NCBI GenBank assembly: GCA_043816185.1
Contig: JBDRIG010000079.1
Span: forward strand, 1-30,501
Direction: 5' to 3'
Length of the DNA stretch: 30,501 nucleotides
From: Elusimicrobiota bacterium
GTDB lineage: Bacteria > Elusimicrobiota > UBA8919
Part shown: positions 30,076 to 30,501 of the stretch, in pieces
Numbering within the stretch: position 1 is the stretch's first letter
Layout of the letters: each line of letters begins with the position of its first letter
Notes under the pieces: generated by a model
The model's database searches: none
What the model saw: only the letters and a program-made list of their open reading frames with translations
Told to the model about the DNA's origin: nothing
Translations under genes and position numbers: made by a program

Positions 30076-30387
30076 ATTGCGAGAGCCCGCATGAGGCTGT
30101 CCGACAAATCGTAAAACAGTCATTTTTTTATAAAATATAGCAGCATTTGGCAACTAATAACAACAAACAACACATCATTTTTTTACTGACGTTGTGTCGT
30201 CGGTAAAGCGGATTATGTTGTCGGACAGCCTCATGACTCGTGGCAATCTCGCCTGTCATCCCGAGGAAGCGTAGCGACTGAGGGATCTCTTCCAGTCGAA
30301 ACAGAGAGATCTCTCCTTCCAGTCGAGATGACAAGCAGGGGCGAGACACGACGGAACAACCGAGATTGCTTCGCTTCGTTCGCCAAT
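30076..30387. repeat. Cluster of nested REP-like palindromes
   Basis: attgcgagag...cgtggcaatctc (split by MITE A); tgtcatcccgaggaagcgtagcgactgagggatctc...gagatc...tcgagatgaca (30254-30333); gagattgcttcgcttcgttcgc (30362-30383). Confidence 0.75.
30093..30232. mobile_element. MITE family A, copy 2 (140 bp, opposite orientation)
   Basis: Same 15-bp TIR, flanked by AT on both sides. By manual alignment it differs from copy 1 by 5 substitutions and a 1-bp indel. Confidence 0.9.
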
Positions 30388-30501
30388 CAGACTGTGTCGC
30401 AATCCATCTTTTACCATCTAGTGTTGGATTGCAGTACCATATTTTATCATCAGTTGCTATCTTCTATAAAAATGCAACTTTTTAGCTCATTGCGACACAG
30501 T
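30388..30501. mobile_element. MITE family B (right end runs to the window edge)
   Basis: ACTGTGTCGCAAT (30391-30403) and ATTGCGACACAGT (30489-30501) form a perfect 13-bp inverted repeat around a non-coding interior. Confidence 0.7.

Noticed and set aside
30128..30349. Small ORFs over repeats (also 17902-18234, 18113-18322, 20995-21189)
   Set aside because: They are chance translations of MITE and palindrome sequence.

Overview
Low-GC bacterial chromosomal window with every credible gene on the + strand. Elusimicrobiota-like origin is a tentative inference from the MetK loop style and gene content. The left half is a mosaic Wzx/Wzy O-antigen locus: wzx, two glycosyltransferases, wzy, a truncated GT stub, fnlABC-wbuB (L-FucNAc pathway), an SDR epimerase, a phosphoglycosyl transferase, wbpM/pglF and waaL. 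An AbiE-type (type IV) toxin-antitoxin pair with its own promoter and operator interrupts it. The right half carries sugar-nucleotide and housekeeping genes: a secreted repeat protein, polyprenol-P-mannose synthase, an epimerase, an NDP-sugar synthase, a cupin, PGM/PMM, metK, ahcY, a TM-helix protein, cinA, ruvX, mltG and cdsA. The most unusual signal is a community of small non-autonomous elements. It includes two MITE families with terminal inverted repeats, two REP-like palindrome families (GTCATTGCGAG.../TGTCATCCCGAG...) and 7-8 bp short tandem repeats. They nest inside each other in intergenic regions and also occur as in-frame insertions in apparently intact core enzymes (PGM/PMM, AhcY, MetK, DPM synthase, cupin), comparable to Rickettsia palindromic elements. 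Relics of an IS200/IS605 right end and an rve transposase are also present.
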